A stretch of DNA of 63,016 nt, the filler included, from Octopus bimaculoides (taxonomy: Eukaryota): the NCBI RefSeq assembly GCF_001194135.2. It is 5 parts of 5 records of this genome, joined end to end, with 100 filler letters (N's around TTAATTAATTAA, not from the genome) between each part and the next. Parts side by side here need not be neighbours in the genome. Positions count along the whole stretch, not along the records: positions 1 to 28,976 come from NC_068981.1; 4 more parts are not named here. One strand, given 5' to 3'. The position numbers and the translations under genes are program-made. Of this stretch, positions 11,651 through 24,248 are shown piece by piece; within the stretch, counting starts at the first letter, position 1, and every line of letters starts with the position of its first letter. The notes beneath the pieces are model-generated. The model did not search any database. It saw only the letters and a list, made by a program, of their open reading frames with translations, and had not been told where the DNA came from.

Positions 11651-14600
11651 TGTGTGTCTATTTCCACGCACATATGCAGTCTGTTCTTCTTACCATTTAT
11701 ATTGTTAACGTTTATACCCAAAGAGTCCATTTTTCTGGTATTCACATTATCAACGCGAACTGTTGAAGAACATGGCTGTTATTACTTCTAGCCCTCTTCC
11801 GCAATAAGTACATAAGTAAATAAATAAAAAAACAACCTTTCACCGACGGTACTTATCTTTACCACTTCTGAAATTACACTCCCAAAATTCGAGAATTATT
11901 AATCATGTTAAAAAATTCAAGTGCAAAAAAGTTTTGCTGTTATTACTATTAACCAATAGGCCGTATTTATTTATTTATTTATTTATTTATTGCTCAGTCA
12001 GACATGTCAAAAGGAAAGATATTTAAAAGTAACGATTGCTCATGTCTGAACAATATTCTTTCATAGGTTAATCTTTTAATTCTGGCTCATGGAAATCGAA
12101 AGACGCCAGTGCTTCTGACATATTTCAGTGCATAAGTAAGTGTAAGAGCTACGTTTGGTTTTAGCGTATATTAAAGGTTTTGTTAGTTTATGAAAAGCTG
12201 AATTTATCATAGACTTATTGCAGCTTTTGATCTCGATTCCCTATTGTCTTTACAGGTTTTGACCTTAATCAATATCTTAGAAATATATAGGTTTTATGCA
12301 GATAATTGGTTCTCAACATACTATACTGAAAACAAAATGTTGGCGGCGACTCAGCGACTCATAAAGAGTTAAAGCATATATTTCCCTACTTTTTATGTTA
12401 AGAGCATTGCGAATTGACCGAAGAAAGATATTCTGCTACAAGATCATAGTTCCTGATTTCATATCTGCTGCAGTCATTAACTGTTCGACCACAAGCTTAA
12501 TTCTTAAAACATGACACGTGTAATATAGCTTTAGGAAATGTCTAGAACAAACATTATACGTTTTGGTAAATGAGGCGGCGATGGGGAAGCGGGGGTTTAC
12601 GACATGTCTAGCCGGATAATATCGCATGAGAGTCACATGATAGCTGAAATTTACTTTAGAAAACAGGTGTACTTTCCAATGCAAATCTTCGTATATTATT
12701 TGATTTAGTAACGTCTCTGGCTCCTGCAGATATTTAAAAAAATATCTCCTCCTTTGGAAGTCACTTATATTGGTTTATAACATTTCTGAAAACTCATTTG
12801 GGAAGCTTAAAACTTGAGAAGTCTTAACGTCTCCAACGATGAAAAATTTGAAAGTCCAAGCTAAAAGCAGCCTTTTTGAGAACTGTAGTTAATTTTGGAG
12901 AATATTTTTAATGGCTAATTAATCAATAAATCTGTGTAAGATAGAGAACACGGTTAATGAAATTTTAATAAACAGAAATCAATAACTGTGTTGCCAATGA
13001 AGTCGAACTTTCTTGACTGTAACTCTTGTATAATTAATAGTAATAGATACAAACTAAGCCATTTTAGTATTTGAACAGATTTTTTACACACAGTATTCAT
13101 GATTATTTTTTAAGGAGCCATTGATTATTAGTGTTGATGCAAACAACACGAATACTGCTATTTTAAACCTTAACCAAGATTTAAAAAAAAAATCATTCTA
13201 GTACATTTCGCTCGTTTTAGTTTCCGTTTCTTATCAGCTTGAGTGGTATTTGTAGACACGCACAAGTTTTTCATGGTGTGGAGATGCACGAACGTTAGAA
13301 TCTTGTGTGCGATAAAAGTTTTCGCAAATTAAATCTAAGGTAGAGCATATGTATAAAATATGGAATATCTGATAACAAGATAACAATCTGAGACTGATCG
13401 AAACTTTAAGCTTTTCTAAAATAAAACAAGAAAGAAAGAAAGAAATATGTTAGAAATTTAGGTGTAGCAGTTTGTAAAATTTTAAAAATGCATTCAGAGA
13501 TCTGCGTTTCATTCGTATAATTTGCCCAAAGGCTTATGTGAAATAGCTAAAACCAAGAATCGACATTTATTAGCAAACTCGGTCCACATGGAACTTACTA
13601 GTAACGTCTCTGAATAAAAATAATCAATAATATTTCCGCAACACTTGCGAGCTTTTATTATTAAAGAATCTAATAAATTGCCTTAAGAATTGAAAAGTCG
13701 ATTTTGATTTCAAATTTGATTTAGATTTTTAAAATTATTTTGCTTTGTTTATTGATTTCCTACTTTGAAAAGTTTACGAGAAAAGTAATCTCGAAAGAAT
13801 GGTTCCCATTACATAACTACTAAACGTTACGCATTTCTAACCCCGTCTCTGCTCTATCCAAAACGGAACAATAAAGAGTGGTGTTGATCTCCACATACAT
13901 TTATTTAATTGTTGGGGAACGCTGTGTTGATGATTGCAGATCACGGACCACCTAAAAAATTGTAACTTCACAATGTCCACCTACAGAAATTTCTCCCTCA
14001 CCTACTTCACCAGAAGACTCGTCGCCCAAGCCTGCTCCATCTGAAGTGATTATGACTGAATAATTCGCTTCACATAAATGTATTCTTGAAATATGAGTGG
14101 GGTCGAACTTTCAGCCATCTTGTTTACGGTAAACCTTTTAACCAAACGTCCGAGCTTGCTCCCACACCAATAGATAACATCCGGTAGAGTAGAATTGAAG
14201 AAGAAAGTCAAAACACAATCAGACAATTAGTCCATCCCTCCGTTATTTAACTATTCCAGTGCATGCTTTTTCATAAATACTAATAGCTTTTGTATTATGC
14301 TGTGAATGGTTTCGTTCCAACGCAAAAACCTTCGCCGTCAAGAAGTTTTATAGATTCATTGAGCTCAACAAGTTTCTTCTGTTTGTTCTTATTTTCTTTT
14401 CTGCTGTCACAATCAGAATTGTTTAAATAATTTAACACTCACATTGTGTTGTCAGCATTTTCCAATACGCAGTACATACACTGTCTTCGTGATGACGAAT
14501 TGATATATGATATTCTCCCCTTCTCTCTCTTTCTTTCTCCCTCAATACATACATATATACGTATATATATACGTGTATACACACACATATGTATATATGT

Positions 14601-14640
<40 letters not shown>

Positions 14641-16068
14641 NNNNNNNNNNNNNNNNNNNNNNNNNNNNNNNNNNNNNNNNNNNNNNTATATATATGTATG
14701 TATGTATATATATATGTATATATATATATGCACGTAAACGTATGCATGCTCATTGGCAAACACATATAAAGAGCCGAAAACGTGTTTGTTTATGATTTTG
14801 TATGTAGAGTAATTTATATTCTTGTCACTCGGTATTCATAAAATCCGCACGTACTGAAATAAAAACAAAAAGACAACCACATGATTAGATACATACATTC
14901 ATACATGCATAAATACATAATACATACATACATACATACACACACATCATATATATGCGCGCGTTTGTGAATGTTCATAATAAACGAGTCATCATAATTT
15001 ATTTGTTTATTGCACGCGCATATGAGATAAATGGAGTCAAGCATCAAATGTCCATATTGTCTGCTTCATTATTCATAGTCACTAATGTCCATCAATAAGG
15101 GATTAGTATTGGCGAGACTGTGACCTGGTTACAATATACTATTTTAAGCAATCCCACTACATTTCCTCCATTCACAATATGGGGAAAGACATAAAATGGA
15201 CTGCATTAACATTTTCTTTTACTCCATTTCTAAATGTTGTCTTGTGTTTGTTTAAGTAACAAATCCGCATTTAGTTATGAATTACTCTAAATGAGCTTCT
15301 CTAAAGCAGGAACAGCTTTGAAAGATGTACAAAATGCGAACAATCAATGTAACTACTGAGATTTTGTTAGTTATTGCTTATAAGATCGTTTAATAAGCTA
15401 CAAGTGTGTCTAAGCGACATATCTCTGTAAAATCTGCACCTCGTGTGTGTTTGGGGAAGTTTTTTCTACTGAAACTTTTCTTGGTTCTTTTTGGTCGGCA
15501 TATGTATATGCTTTACATCGACCGCTTGAATTTCACGTGTGAGAAGGCCTGCACAATTAATTTTCTGATTATATTACGATCTTATAAGGTAGCCTGCTCA
15601 GTTTGTAGTTGCTTAAGCGTTAACTTACAGTGAAAACCGTCCCTGGGAATATTACAATTTCGATTTCTTGACTGTGGACCAAAGACGTATCAACATTAGT
15701 CTGCCAATTACTTATTTGTAAAGTTGATTTGTCATTGAACTAGTATGAAATACCATATTTCAACCGAAATATAGACACCTGTTCCATTATATGTCCATTG
15801 CTTAATATCTATCTGCCTGTCTGTTTCCGTTCTGTCTTGCGCTCGCATAATTATATATGTGTGTGTGCGTGTGTATATACATATGTATGCATATACTTAT
15901 ATGTATATGTATGTGTGGTGTATATATATATGTGTGTGTGAATATATATTTATATACATACATATATACATATATATATATACTTATATACATATATATA
16001 TATATACATACATACATACATACATACATACATACATACATACATACATGTGTGTATGTATCTATGTA

Positions 16069-16961
16069 CAGGGTTGGTGGAAAGTAACTAGGCATTAGAA
16101 ATTGCTTATAGAATTTTTAGTATCACTGAAGCCATGAAGAAAGCATTTTTTAAACAGACAACACTAATGGGGATTTTTATATTTTTTTATTGTTTTATTT
16201 CTTACTTCTTATTTTCCAGATGGCCGATCGCTTGACTGTTCAGGAGTGAGCTAAGATAGCAGCACGCTATGAAGTGTGGAATTACATTGTTTTGGTTCAG
16301 AGATGGTGGCGTGCATAGAAAGGTAAGCATGCAACACTACGTCCGGAGACAACAAAAAGTTGTCATGCAAACCTGATAACCACTGGCCCGGTGAACGATG
16401 CAAGAGGAAATGGCTGTCCAACCACATCCCGAGAACGTGGCAAGGAAAAACTTAATCGCAGCCCGCAAAAAATCAACACGTCAAACAGCTTATGAAAGTG
16501 GGTTAACCAGAGAGACAATACGTACGGTGTTGCATAAAGAATTGAATTTTCGTCCGTGGAAACACCATTACATGCAGGAGCTAAAACATAAAGACTGTGA
16601 CCGCAGAAGTCCAGAAGTCCAGAACTTCAAGAAATCAAGAACTCACTCCATGTGATTTTTACCTGTGGAGTTACACAAAAGAGGTGTACGAGACAAAACC
16701 TCGCACATTGGAGGTCTTGGAGACACGGATTGAGGAAGTTCTCAATGATATCCCAGACGATGTCCTTCAGAAGGTTGTTCATTCCATCCCTGGGGTTTGA
16801 GGAAACTGGTTGACGCCAGCGGTGCTTCCGTTGAAATATGAAGATTCATTTTCATTCTCTCATGTAATAAAGTACATGCATCACTTGTTTCAATAAATTT
16901 GTAAAGGGAATATGAATTACATTACCAATTTTTAATGCCTACTTACTTTTCACCCACCCTG
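16069..16961 (+). mobile_element. Internally deleted Tc1/mariner-superfamily element (maT/rosa-like, DD37D/DD41D type)
   Basis: 36-bp TIRs with 4 mismatches (CAGGGTTGGTGGAAAGTAACTAGGCATTAGAAATTG) and TA at 16067-68 and 16962-63. Relic ORF from ATG 16220: MADRLTVQE*AKIAARY...STRQTAYESGLTRETIRTVLHKELNFRPWK..MQEL, then ELTPCDFYLWSY..VY.TKPRTLEVLETRI. The first two catalytic Asp regions are missing. Confidence 0.9.
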
Positions 16962-17019
16962 TATATATAGTTGTCTACCTGCCTGTTTATTTATATATCT
17001 AAATATACATACCTACACA

Positions 17020-17058
<39 letters not shown>

Positions 17059-17086
17059 ATATAGCAGTTCGTTTAAAGAGAACGAT

Positions 17087-17190
17087 ATAATAAGTCCTGG
17101 GGTCGGTTTGTTCGACTAAAACCCTTTAAGGCGGTGCTCCAGCATGGCCGTAGTCAAATGACTGAAATAGGAAAAATAATTAAAGAAAGG
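17087..17190 (+). mobile_element. SINE family A tail
   Basis: AATAAGTCCTGGGGTCGG...AAGGCGGTGCTCCAGCATGGCCGTAGTCAAATGACTGAAA. Confidence 0.85.
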
Positions 17191-17278
17191 AATAAAAAAA
17201 AAGAGTGTATAAGGTTGTCGCTCAGGAAAATTGGTACCAAAATTATAAACCAATATTAAATATATACATATATGTTAA

Positions 17279-17495
17279 GATGGCAAGCTGGAGGAGTCGT
17301 TAGCACGCCGAGCAAAGTGCTTGGTAACATATCGTTTGTCTTTACATTCTGAGTTCAAATTCCGCTGAGGTTGACTTTGCCTTTCATCCAGTCGCGATCG
17401 ATAAAATAAGTGCCAGTTGACCACCGGGTTCGATGTAATCGAAATACTCTCTCTCCCGAAATTGCTGGCCTTGTGGCAAAATTTGAAGCGAATAT
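17279..17495 (+). mobile_element. SINE family B
   Basis: Head GGCAAGCTGGAGGAGTCGTTAGCACGCCG, B-box GAGTTCAAATTCC, tail GGCCTTGTGGCAAAATTTGAA. Confidence 0.85.
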
Positions 17496-17611
17496 GAAAT
17501 ATATATGTTTATATGTGTATGTATGTCTATATGTGTGGTGAGAAGGAATATTGTGTGGGGAGCGGGAGCTGCGTGCGTATATGTATGCTCATAAGCTTAT
17601 TTGTGCGTGTG

Positions 17612-17653
<42 letters not shown>

Positions 17654-18518
17654 CGTGTGCAACTGACTATAGACTAATAAAGTGGGTTTGAAATGCTTCA
17701 TAAAAGAGCGGTTGGAGTAAATTTTCATAAGTATCTAAAAGTTGCATTTGACATTATTTTCAAATCGATAACAGCTATGAAATATCAATCAAAAGTCAAC
17801 AGCTGCAAGAAATCCGGGATTGGAAATGTTACAGAAACATTTTCTTTATCAGTTTCGCCCCCACTCCCCCTCCCACCTGCACGCTATGCGCNNNNNNNNN
17901 NNNNNNNNNNNNNNNNNNNNNNNNNNNNNNNNNNNNNNNNNNNNNNNNNNNNNNNNNNNNNNNNNNNNNNNNNNNNNNNNNNNNNNNNNNNNNNNNNNNN
18001 NNNNNNNNNNNNNNNNNNNNNNNNNNNNNNNNNNNNNNNNNNNNNNNNNNNNNNNNNNNNNNNNNNNNNNNNNNNNNNNNNNNNNNNNNNNNNNNNNNNN
18101 NNNNNNNNNNNNNNNNNNNNNNNNNNNNNNNNNNNNNNNNNNNNNNNNNNNNNNNNNNNNNNNNNNNNNNNNNNNNNNNNNNNNNNNNNNNNNNNNNNNN
18201 NNNNNNNNNNNNNNNNNNNNNNNNNNNNNNNNNNNNNNNNNNNNNNNNNNNNNNNNNNNNNNNNNNNNNNNNNNNNNNNNNNNNNNNNNNNNNNNNNNNN
18301 NNNNNNNNNNNNNNNNNNNNNNNNNNNNNNNNNNNNNNNNNNNNNNNNNNNNNNNNNNNNNNNNNNNNNNNNNNNNNNNNNNNNNNNNNNNNNNNNNNNN
18401 NNNNNNNNNNNNNNNNNNNNNNNNNNNNNNNNNNNNNNNNNNNNNNNNNNNNNNNNNNNNNNNNNNNNNNNNNNNNNNNNNNNNNNNNNNNNNNNNNNNN
18501 NNNNNNNNNNNNNNNNNN

Positions 18519-18591
<73 letters not shown>

Positions 18592-19637
18592 CTTGTGTTT
18601 GCATGTGCTCCTATGAAAGTCCATAACTATGCATACGCATAAATACACACACAAACACAATCACTCACACATAAACACACACCAACACACACACATGAAC
18701 ACACACACATACACATATGCGTGCGCGCGTGTTTGTGTGTGTTCTGTGTGCGTTTCTGTGTGTATTTATACGGATGCATAATTATATATTTCCATAAGAG
18801 CACAAGCAAACACATCTCACATCACATGGAGAAAATATATAAAGTATGTACACACACATCCAATATACAAAGTATGTGCACACGCACACACACACACTCA
18901 CACACATGCAGATACAAAAATATATACATCATCGTTGATATACATTCCAGTTCACATACACAAATACACACTTTGCACAAGCACATACATGCTTTACATT
19001 TGGCCTTGAAATCCTGATGGAATCGTAGAGGCGCCGTCGTGACATACGGTGTATCTTGGGCATTTCTAAACTGTGCGGAGCCGATCCTTCTCCAGGTTTG
19101 AAAGTAACCGGTTTCTTCCAGCGAGATGGAAAGAAGGAGGGAGAGNNNNNNNNNNNNNNNNNNNNNNNNNNNNNNNNNNNNNNNNNNNNNNNNNNNNNNN
19201 NNNNNNNNNNNNNNNNNNNNNNNNNNNNNNNNNNNNNNNNNNNNNNNNNNNNNNNNNNNNNNNNNNNNNNNNNNNNNNNNNNNNNNNNNNNNNNNNNNNN
19301 NNNNNNNNNNNNNNNNNNNNNNNNNNNNNNNNNNNNNNNNNNNNNNNNNNNNNNNNNNNNNNNNNNNNNNNNNNNNNNNNNNNNNNNNNNNNNNNNNNNN
19401 NNNNNNNNNNNNNNNNNNNNNNNNNNNNNNNNNNNNNNNNNNNNNNNNNNNNNNNNNNNNNNNNNNNNNNNNNNNNNNNNNNNNNNNNNNNNNNNNNNNN
19501 NNNNNNNNNNNNNNNNNNNNNNNNNNNNNNNNNNNNNNNNNNNNNNNNNNNNNNNNNNNNNNNNNNNNNNNNNNNNNNNNNNNNNNNNNNNNNNNNNNNN
19601 NNNNNNNNNNNNNNNNNNNNNNNNNNNNNNNNNNNNN

Positions 19638-19689
<52 letters not shown>

Positions 19690-20491
19690 ACACAGAAGTA
19701 GATAGTTATCGTTCTACTCTGCCTCTTCATTTGGCGCATTGAGCAGCACTTCCCCTCTGTTGCTCAGTTGTATGCTTCACCGCAGTGTTTAGGTACCCTT
19801 AAAAAGACCGATCTAAGCTATTCCTCATTTTTTCATCCCACCTCTTGGTATCTATCTCAAGCGGTTTTTGAATACTAATTATGCCAACCACTCGCATTCT
19901 TTGTTCTTGTACCATGTGCTGAAGTCTTTGGGATTATACTCTCCTTTAAATTAATTTGTTTCTTAGAAAATCGCGTTAGGAAATTGTCAGGATTTTTTGG
20001 AGACAAGTTGGTGAAGAATAACCAACTCTTTTGGTGATTTCGCAGGTTCTTCCAAATTTTCCTTACATATAATACGGTTGTTGATTCAAAAGTGTTTGAA
20101 CGATGTTGTTCAGTCTGATCATGAAACATATTTTGGACAGTTCAGGCCGGTGACATCGATCTGTGGATTTTCTTTTGCAGCTTGCTATAACCAGAATTTC
20201 GTTATACAATTGAGGCTAGACTATGGAAAAAATAGGGAAAGTTCAGGCAAGAACGTTTACGTTTTAAACAAATCTTCATACTGCGGAATATCAGAGAGAA
20301 ATCTCTGGTGTTTCAGCAATCACAGTTAGTAGTTTTTATTGGATTCAAAATAACATTTAATGGGAGTCTCTACGGAGCTTTACATACACTCGTACGAACG
20401 CACGCAGTCATGCATGCACACACACGCATACAACACATACGCACATGTGTATTACCACACTTATATTCATAAAGTATATATATATATATTA

Positions 20492-20633
20492 AGCTCAGGC
20501 GTGGTTGCGAGGTAAGAAGCATGCTTCCCTACTATATAATTCGGAGTTAAGTTCCACTGCATGGCACATTCGGCAAGTGCCGACCAAATCCTTGTGAGTG
20601 GATTTAGTAGACGGAAACTGAAAGGAGCCCGTC
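20492..20633 (+). mobile_element. SINE family A, 5' half
   Basis: CAGGCGTGGTTGCGAGGTAAGAAG...GTGAGTGGATTTAGTAGACGGAAACTGAAAGGAGCCCGTC. Confidence 0.8.
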
Positions 20634-20635
20634 TG

Positions 20636-20850
20636 CCCTAACTCTTCTAAACGCTTAGTTTTAGAATGGTGGCAGCTGATGAAGGAAATGTTCTCTATGT
20701 GGCCTGTGTGTTTTCTGTGCTCTGTTTATCATTTTGCCCACGTTTTTTTTGCAATGTCCTGTACCCAGATATGCATCTATATATACATGTAGATGTAGGT
20801 ATGTACATACATGTACGTATATATGCATATACACGCATATTATTTGTATT
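20636..20850 (+). repeat. Unclassified dispersed repeat X, copy 1
   Basis: Near-identical to 34708-34915 and to the reverse complement of 58730-58960 (GCTGATGAAGGAAATGTTCTCTATGTGGCCTGTGTGTTTTCTGT...AATGTCCTGTACCCAGATATGCA). Confidence 0.85.
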
Positions 20851-21572
20851 ATACATATATATATATATGCTATTTCAACCACAACGGGTCACTCTTAGGT
20901 CACATGATCATTTAAGAGGATTCCACCATCTTGCGATTGTCATACCACTCCCGTATTCTTCTTCTTCTTCTTCTTCTTCTTCTTCTTCTTCTTCTTCTTC
21001 TTCTTCTTCTTCTTCTTCTTCTTCTTCTTNNNNNNNNNNNNNNNNNNNNNNNNNNNNNNNNNNNNNNNNNNNNNNNNNNNNNNNNNNNNNNNNNNNNNNN
21101 NNNNNNNNNNNNNNNNNNNNNNNNNNNNNNNNNNNNNNNNNNNNNNNNNNNNNNNNNNNNNNNNNNNNNNNNNNNNNNNNNNNNNNNNNNNNNNNNNNNN
21201 NNNNNNNNNNNNNNNNNNNNNNNNNNNNNNNNNNNNNNNNNNNNNNNNNNNNNNNNNNNNNNNNNNNNNNNNNNNNNNNNNNNNNNNNNNNNNNNNNNNN
21301 NNNNNNNNNNNNNNNNNNNNNNNNNNNNNNNNNNNNNNNNNNNNNNNNNNNNNNNNNNNNNNNNNNNNNNNNNNNNNNNNNNNNNNNNNNNNNNNNNNNN
21401 NNNNNNNNNNNNNNNNNNNNNNNNNNNNNNNNNNNNNNNNNNNNNNNNNNNNNNNNNNNNNNNNNNNNNNNNNNNNNNNNNNNNNNNNNNNNNNNNNNNN
21501 NNNNNNNNNNNNNNNNNNNNNNNNNNNNNNNNNNNNNNNNNNNNNNNNNNNNNNNNNNNNNNNNNNNNNNNN

Positions 21573-21606
<34 letters not shown>

Positions 21607-21691
21607 TTGTCTGTTTGTGTCTGTGTTTCACCCCACTATCGCTTGACAACCAATGTTGGTGTATTTACATCACCGTAATCTAGCGGTTCTG

Positions 21692-21729
<38 letters not shown>

Positions 21730-22715
21730 AGTGATGTATATAAATATATGGCATAAATAATGTACATATGAAAATTGCTGACAATATTAATAATCCATGT
21801 AACAGCATTAACATCCTACTAATAGCAGTACTATAAGAAATATCAACCACCCTGTTGACCGCTGTTTAAGCCTAGAGAATACGAGTAAATCGAATAGGTT
21901 TCACTATAATTGTTACTGTCTTCGGACAGCATACGAGCAACAGACTGATATTACTACTGCTGACATCTGTAACATCAAGGTCTATATGTCTCTTGTGTTG
22001 TGTAATTGTTGAAATAAACCTCTAATCTCTCTTAATAATTTATACGTCGCTAAAAATATTGTCAATAGATATGAAGTCTTGACTTATCTTACTGCATTTA
22101 TCTATAATTGTGCGACGGAATGTGCATTTAAGCGTACATTATATAATCATATTCTATTTTGAAGAGATATGATAGCGCTAAAGTTATATCAGTCACTGAA
22201 AAAAAATGAGAAGTGAAAGATAAAGATTTTGAGTTCCAAATTACCTGGAGCATTGTCAAAGACATCTTACCCTATTGAAATGATAAGTATATGTGCACAT
22301 TTCGCTGCACTGAATTATTGGAAATACTCAAATGTTCAGGTAATATCTGATAAATCCGGTGAGCTGAGAATAAAAGTTCGCACTATATTAGTAACACTTT
22401 TTTAATTCTTTAAACTCGTTAACTAAAATGTTTTGAATATTTACTACTCTTATCCCTTAGCTTTAAACCTATACTGTGTAATTTAGTTAAGTAAACTCGT
22501 CTCATTTGAATATTTTTTATGCTAGGAGTAATTTACGCTTCGACATTAACTTGGACGTCTATACTTGCTTGTTGTTAAGTTACCTGCTTCTGCTATTACC
22601 TTTCTCTGTCCATCAATTAATATATTTTCCCTAGTTATGTATTCTCCAATGAGTGGAGGTGCAATGGTCCAGTGGTTAGGGCAGCAGGATCGTCTGTTGT
22701 TTTTTCGTGAATTCT

Positions 22716-22762
<47 letters not shown>

Positions 22763-23710
22763 GGGACAAAATCCAAAATTACAGGTAAAAACTCAATTAA
22801 NNNNNNNNNNNNNNNNNNNNNNNNNNNNNNNNNNNNNNNNNNNNNNNNNNNNNNNNNNNNNNNNNNNNNNNNNNNNNNNNNNNNNNNNNNNNNNNNNNNN
22901 NNNNNNNNNNNNNNNNNNNNNNNNNNNNNNNNNNNNNNNNNNNNNNNNNNNNNNNNNNNNNNNNNNNNNNNNNNNNNNNNNNNNNNNNNNNNNNNNNNNN
23001 NNNNNNNNNNNNNNNNNNNNNNNNNNNNNNNNNNNNNNNNNNNNNNNNNNNNNNNNNNNNNNNNNNNNNNNNNNNNNNNNNNNNNNNNNNNNNNNNNNNN
23101 NNNNNNNNNNNNNNNNNNNNNNNNNNNNNNNNNNNNNNNNNNNNNNNNNNNNNNNNNNNNNNNNNNNNNNNNNNNNNNNNNNNNNNNNNNNNNNNNNNNN
23201 NNNNNNNNNNNNNNNNNNNNNNNNNNNNNNNNNNNNNNNNNNNNNNNNNNNNNNNNNNNNNNNNNNNNNNNNNNNNNNNNNNNNNNNNNNNNNNNNNNNN
23301 NNNNNNNNNNNNNNNNNNNNNNNNNNNNNNNNNNNNNNNNNNNNNNNNNNNNNNNNNNNNNNNNNNNNNNNNNNNNNNNNNNNNNNNNNNNNNNNNNNNN
23401 NNNNNNNNNNNNNNNNNNNNNNNNNNNNNNNNNNNNNNNNNNNNNNNNNNNNNNNNNNNNNNNNNNNNNNNNNNNNNNNNNNNNNNNNNNNNNNNNNNNN
23501 NNNNNNNNNNNNNNNNNNNNNNNNNNNNNNNNNNNNNNNNNNNNNNNNNNNNNNNNNNNNNNNNNNNNNNNNNNNNNNNNNNNNNNNNNNNNNNNNNNNN
23601 NNNNNNNNNNNNNNNNNNNNNNNNNNNNNNNNNNNNNNNNNNNNNNNNNNNNNNNNNNNNNNNNNNNNNNNNNNNNNNNNNNNNNNNNNNNNNNNNNNNN
23701 NNNNNNNNNN

Positions 23711-23754
<44 letters not shown>

Positions 23755-23800
23755 GACTTCTTTTAAGTCTCTGAGTGAGTGATATATAATAATGTTTATA

Positions 23801-24010
23801 TGCCAACAGAATGTGACTGTCCTATAAAGGACGATGTTACTTGTGTTTTAGCACCAGGTAAACATCTTTTCCAGCTGGCTATCGACGCACAGTTTGTGTC
23901 CATATACCACTTGCAAAGGAGGTCATCGTTCCCATGTCTAGCCTTACGTGATACACACAGACCTAGGTTTCTGGATGTGATCCGTCCTCAGTGTGAGACA
24001 ACCACAAGTT
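23801..24010 (+). repeat. Unclassified dispersed repeat Y, copy 1
   Basis: Colinear with 26665-26885 (CCAGCTGGCTAT...TTGCAAAG..GTCAT.GTTCCCAT...GTGATACACAC.GACC.A.GTTTCTGG...ACAACCAC). Confidence 0.75.
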
Positions 24011-24216
24011 AGTCATATATACATGTATGGCGAAGGGCAAAGAACAAAAGACAAGAGGACTACATCAAATAAACATTCAATGGTATCAGTTTGACACGCA
24101 AGTGGGTATATATATATATATATATATATACGCATATACATGCAGGCATATATATGTATGTGTATATTTGTGTGTGTGCATGTGTGTATATATGTATATA
24201 CACATGTATATGATTG

Positions 24217-24248
<32 letters not shown>

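Noticed and set aside
12436-12684. Minus ORF containing NVCSRHF, reminiscent of a THAP domain
   Set aside because: The N-terminal CxxC and the conserved W/P spacing are absent; a five-residue match is insufficient.
19875-20329. Overlapping 83-84-aa ORFs on both strands
   Set aside because: No recognisable motif or convincing splice signals; possibly a decayed transposon, but unassignable.
21870-21910. Minus-strand CCGAAGA...GAAAC hammerhead-like words
   Set aside because: U4 is substituted, and there is no credible stem II or NUH site.
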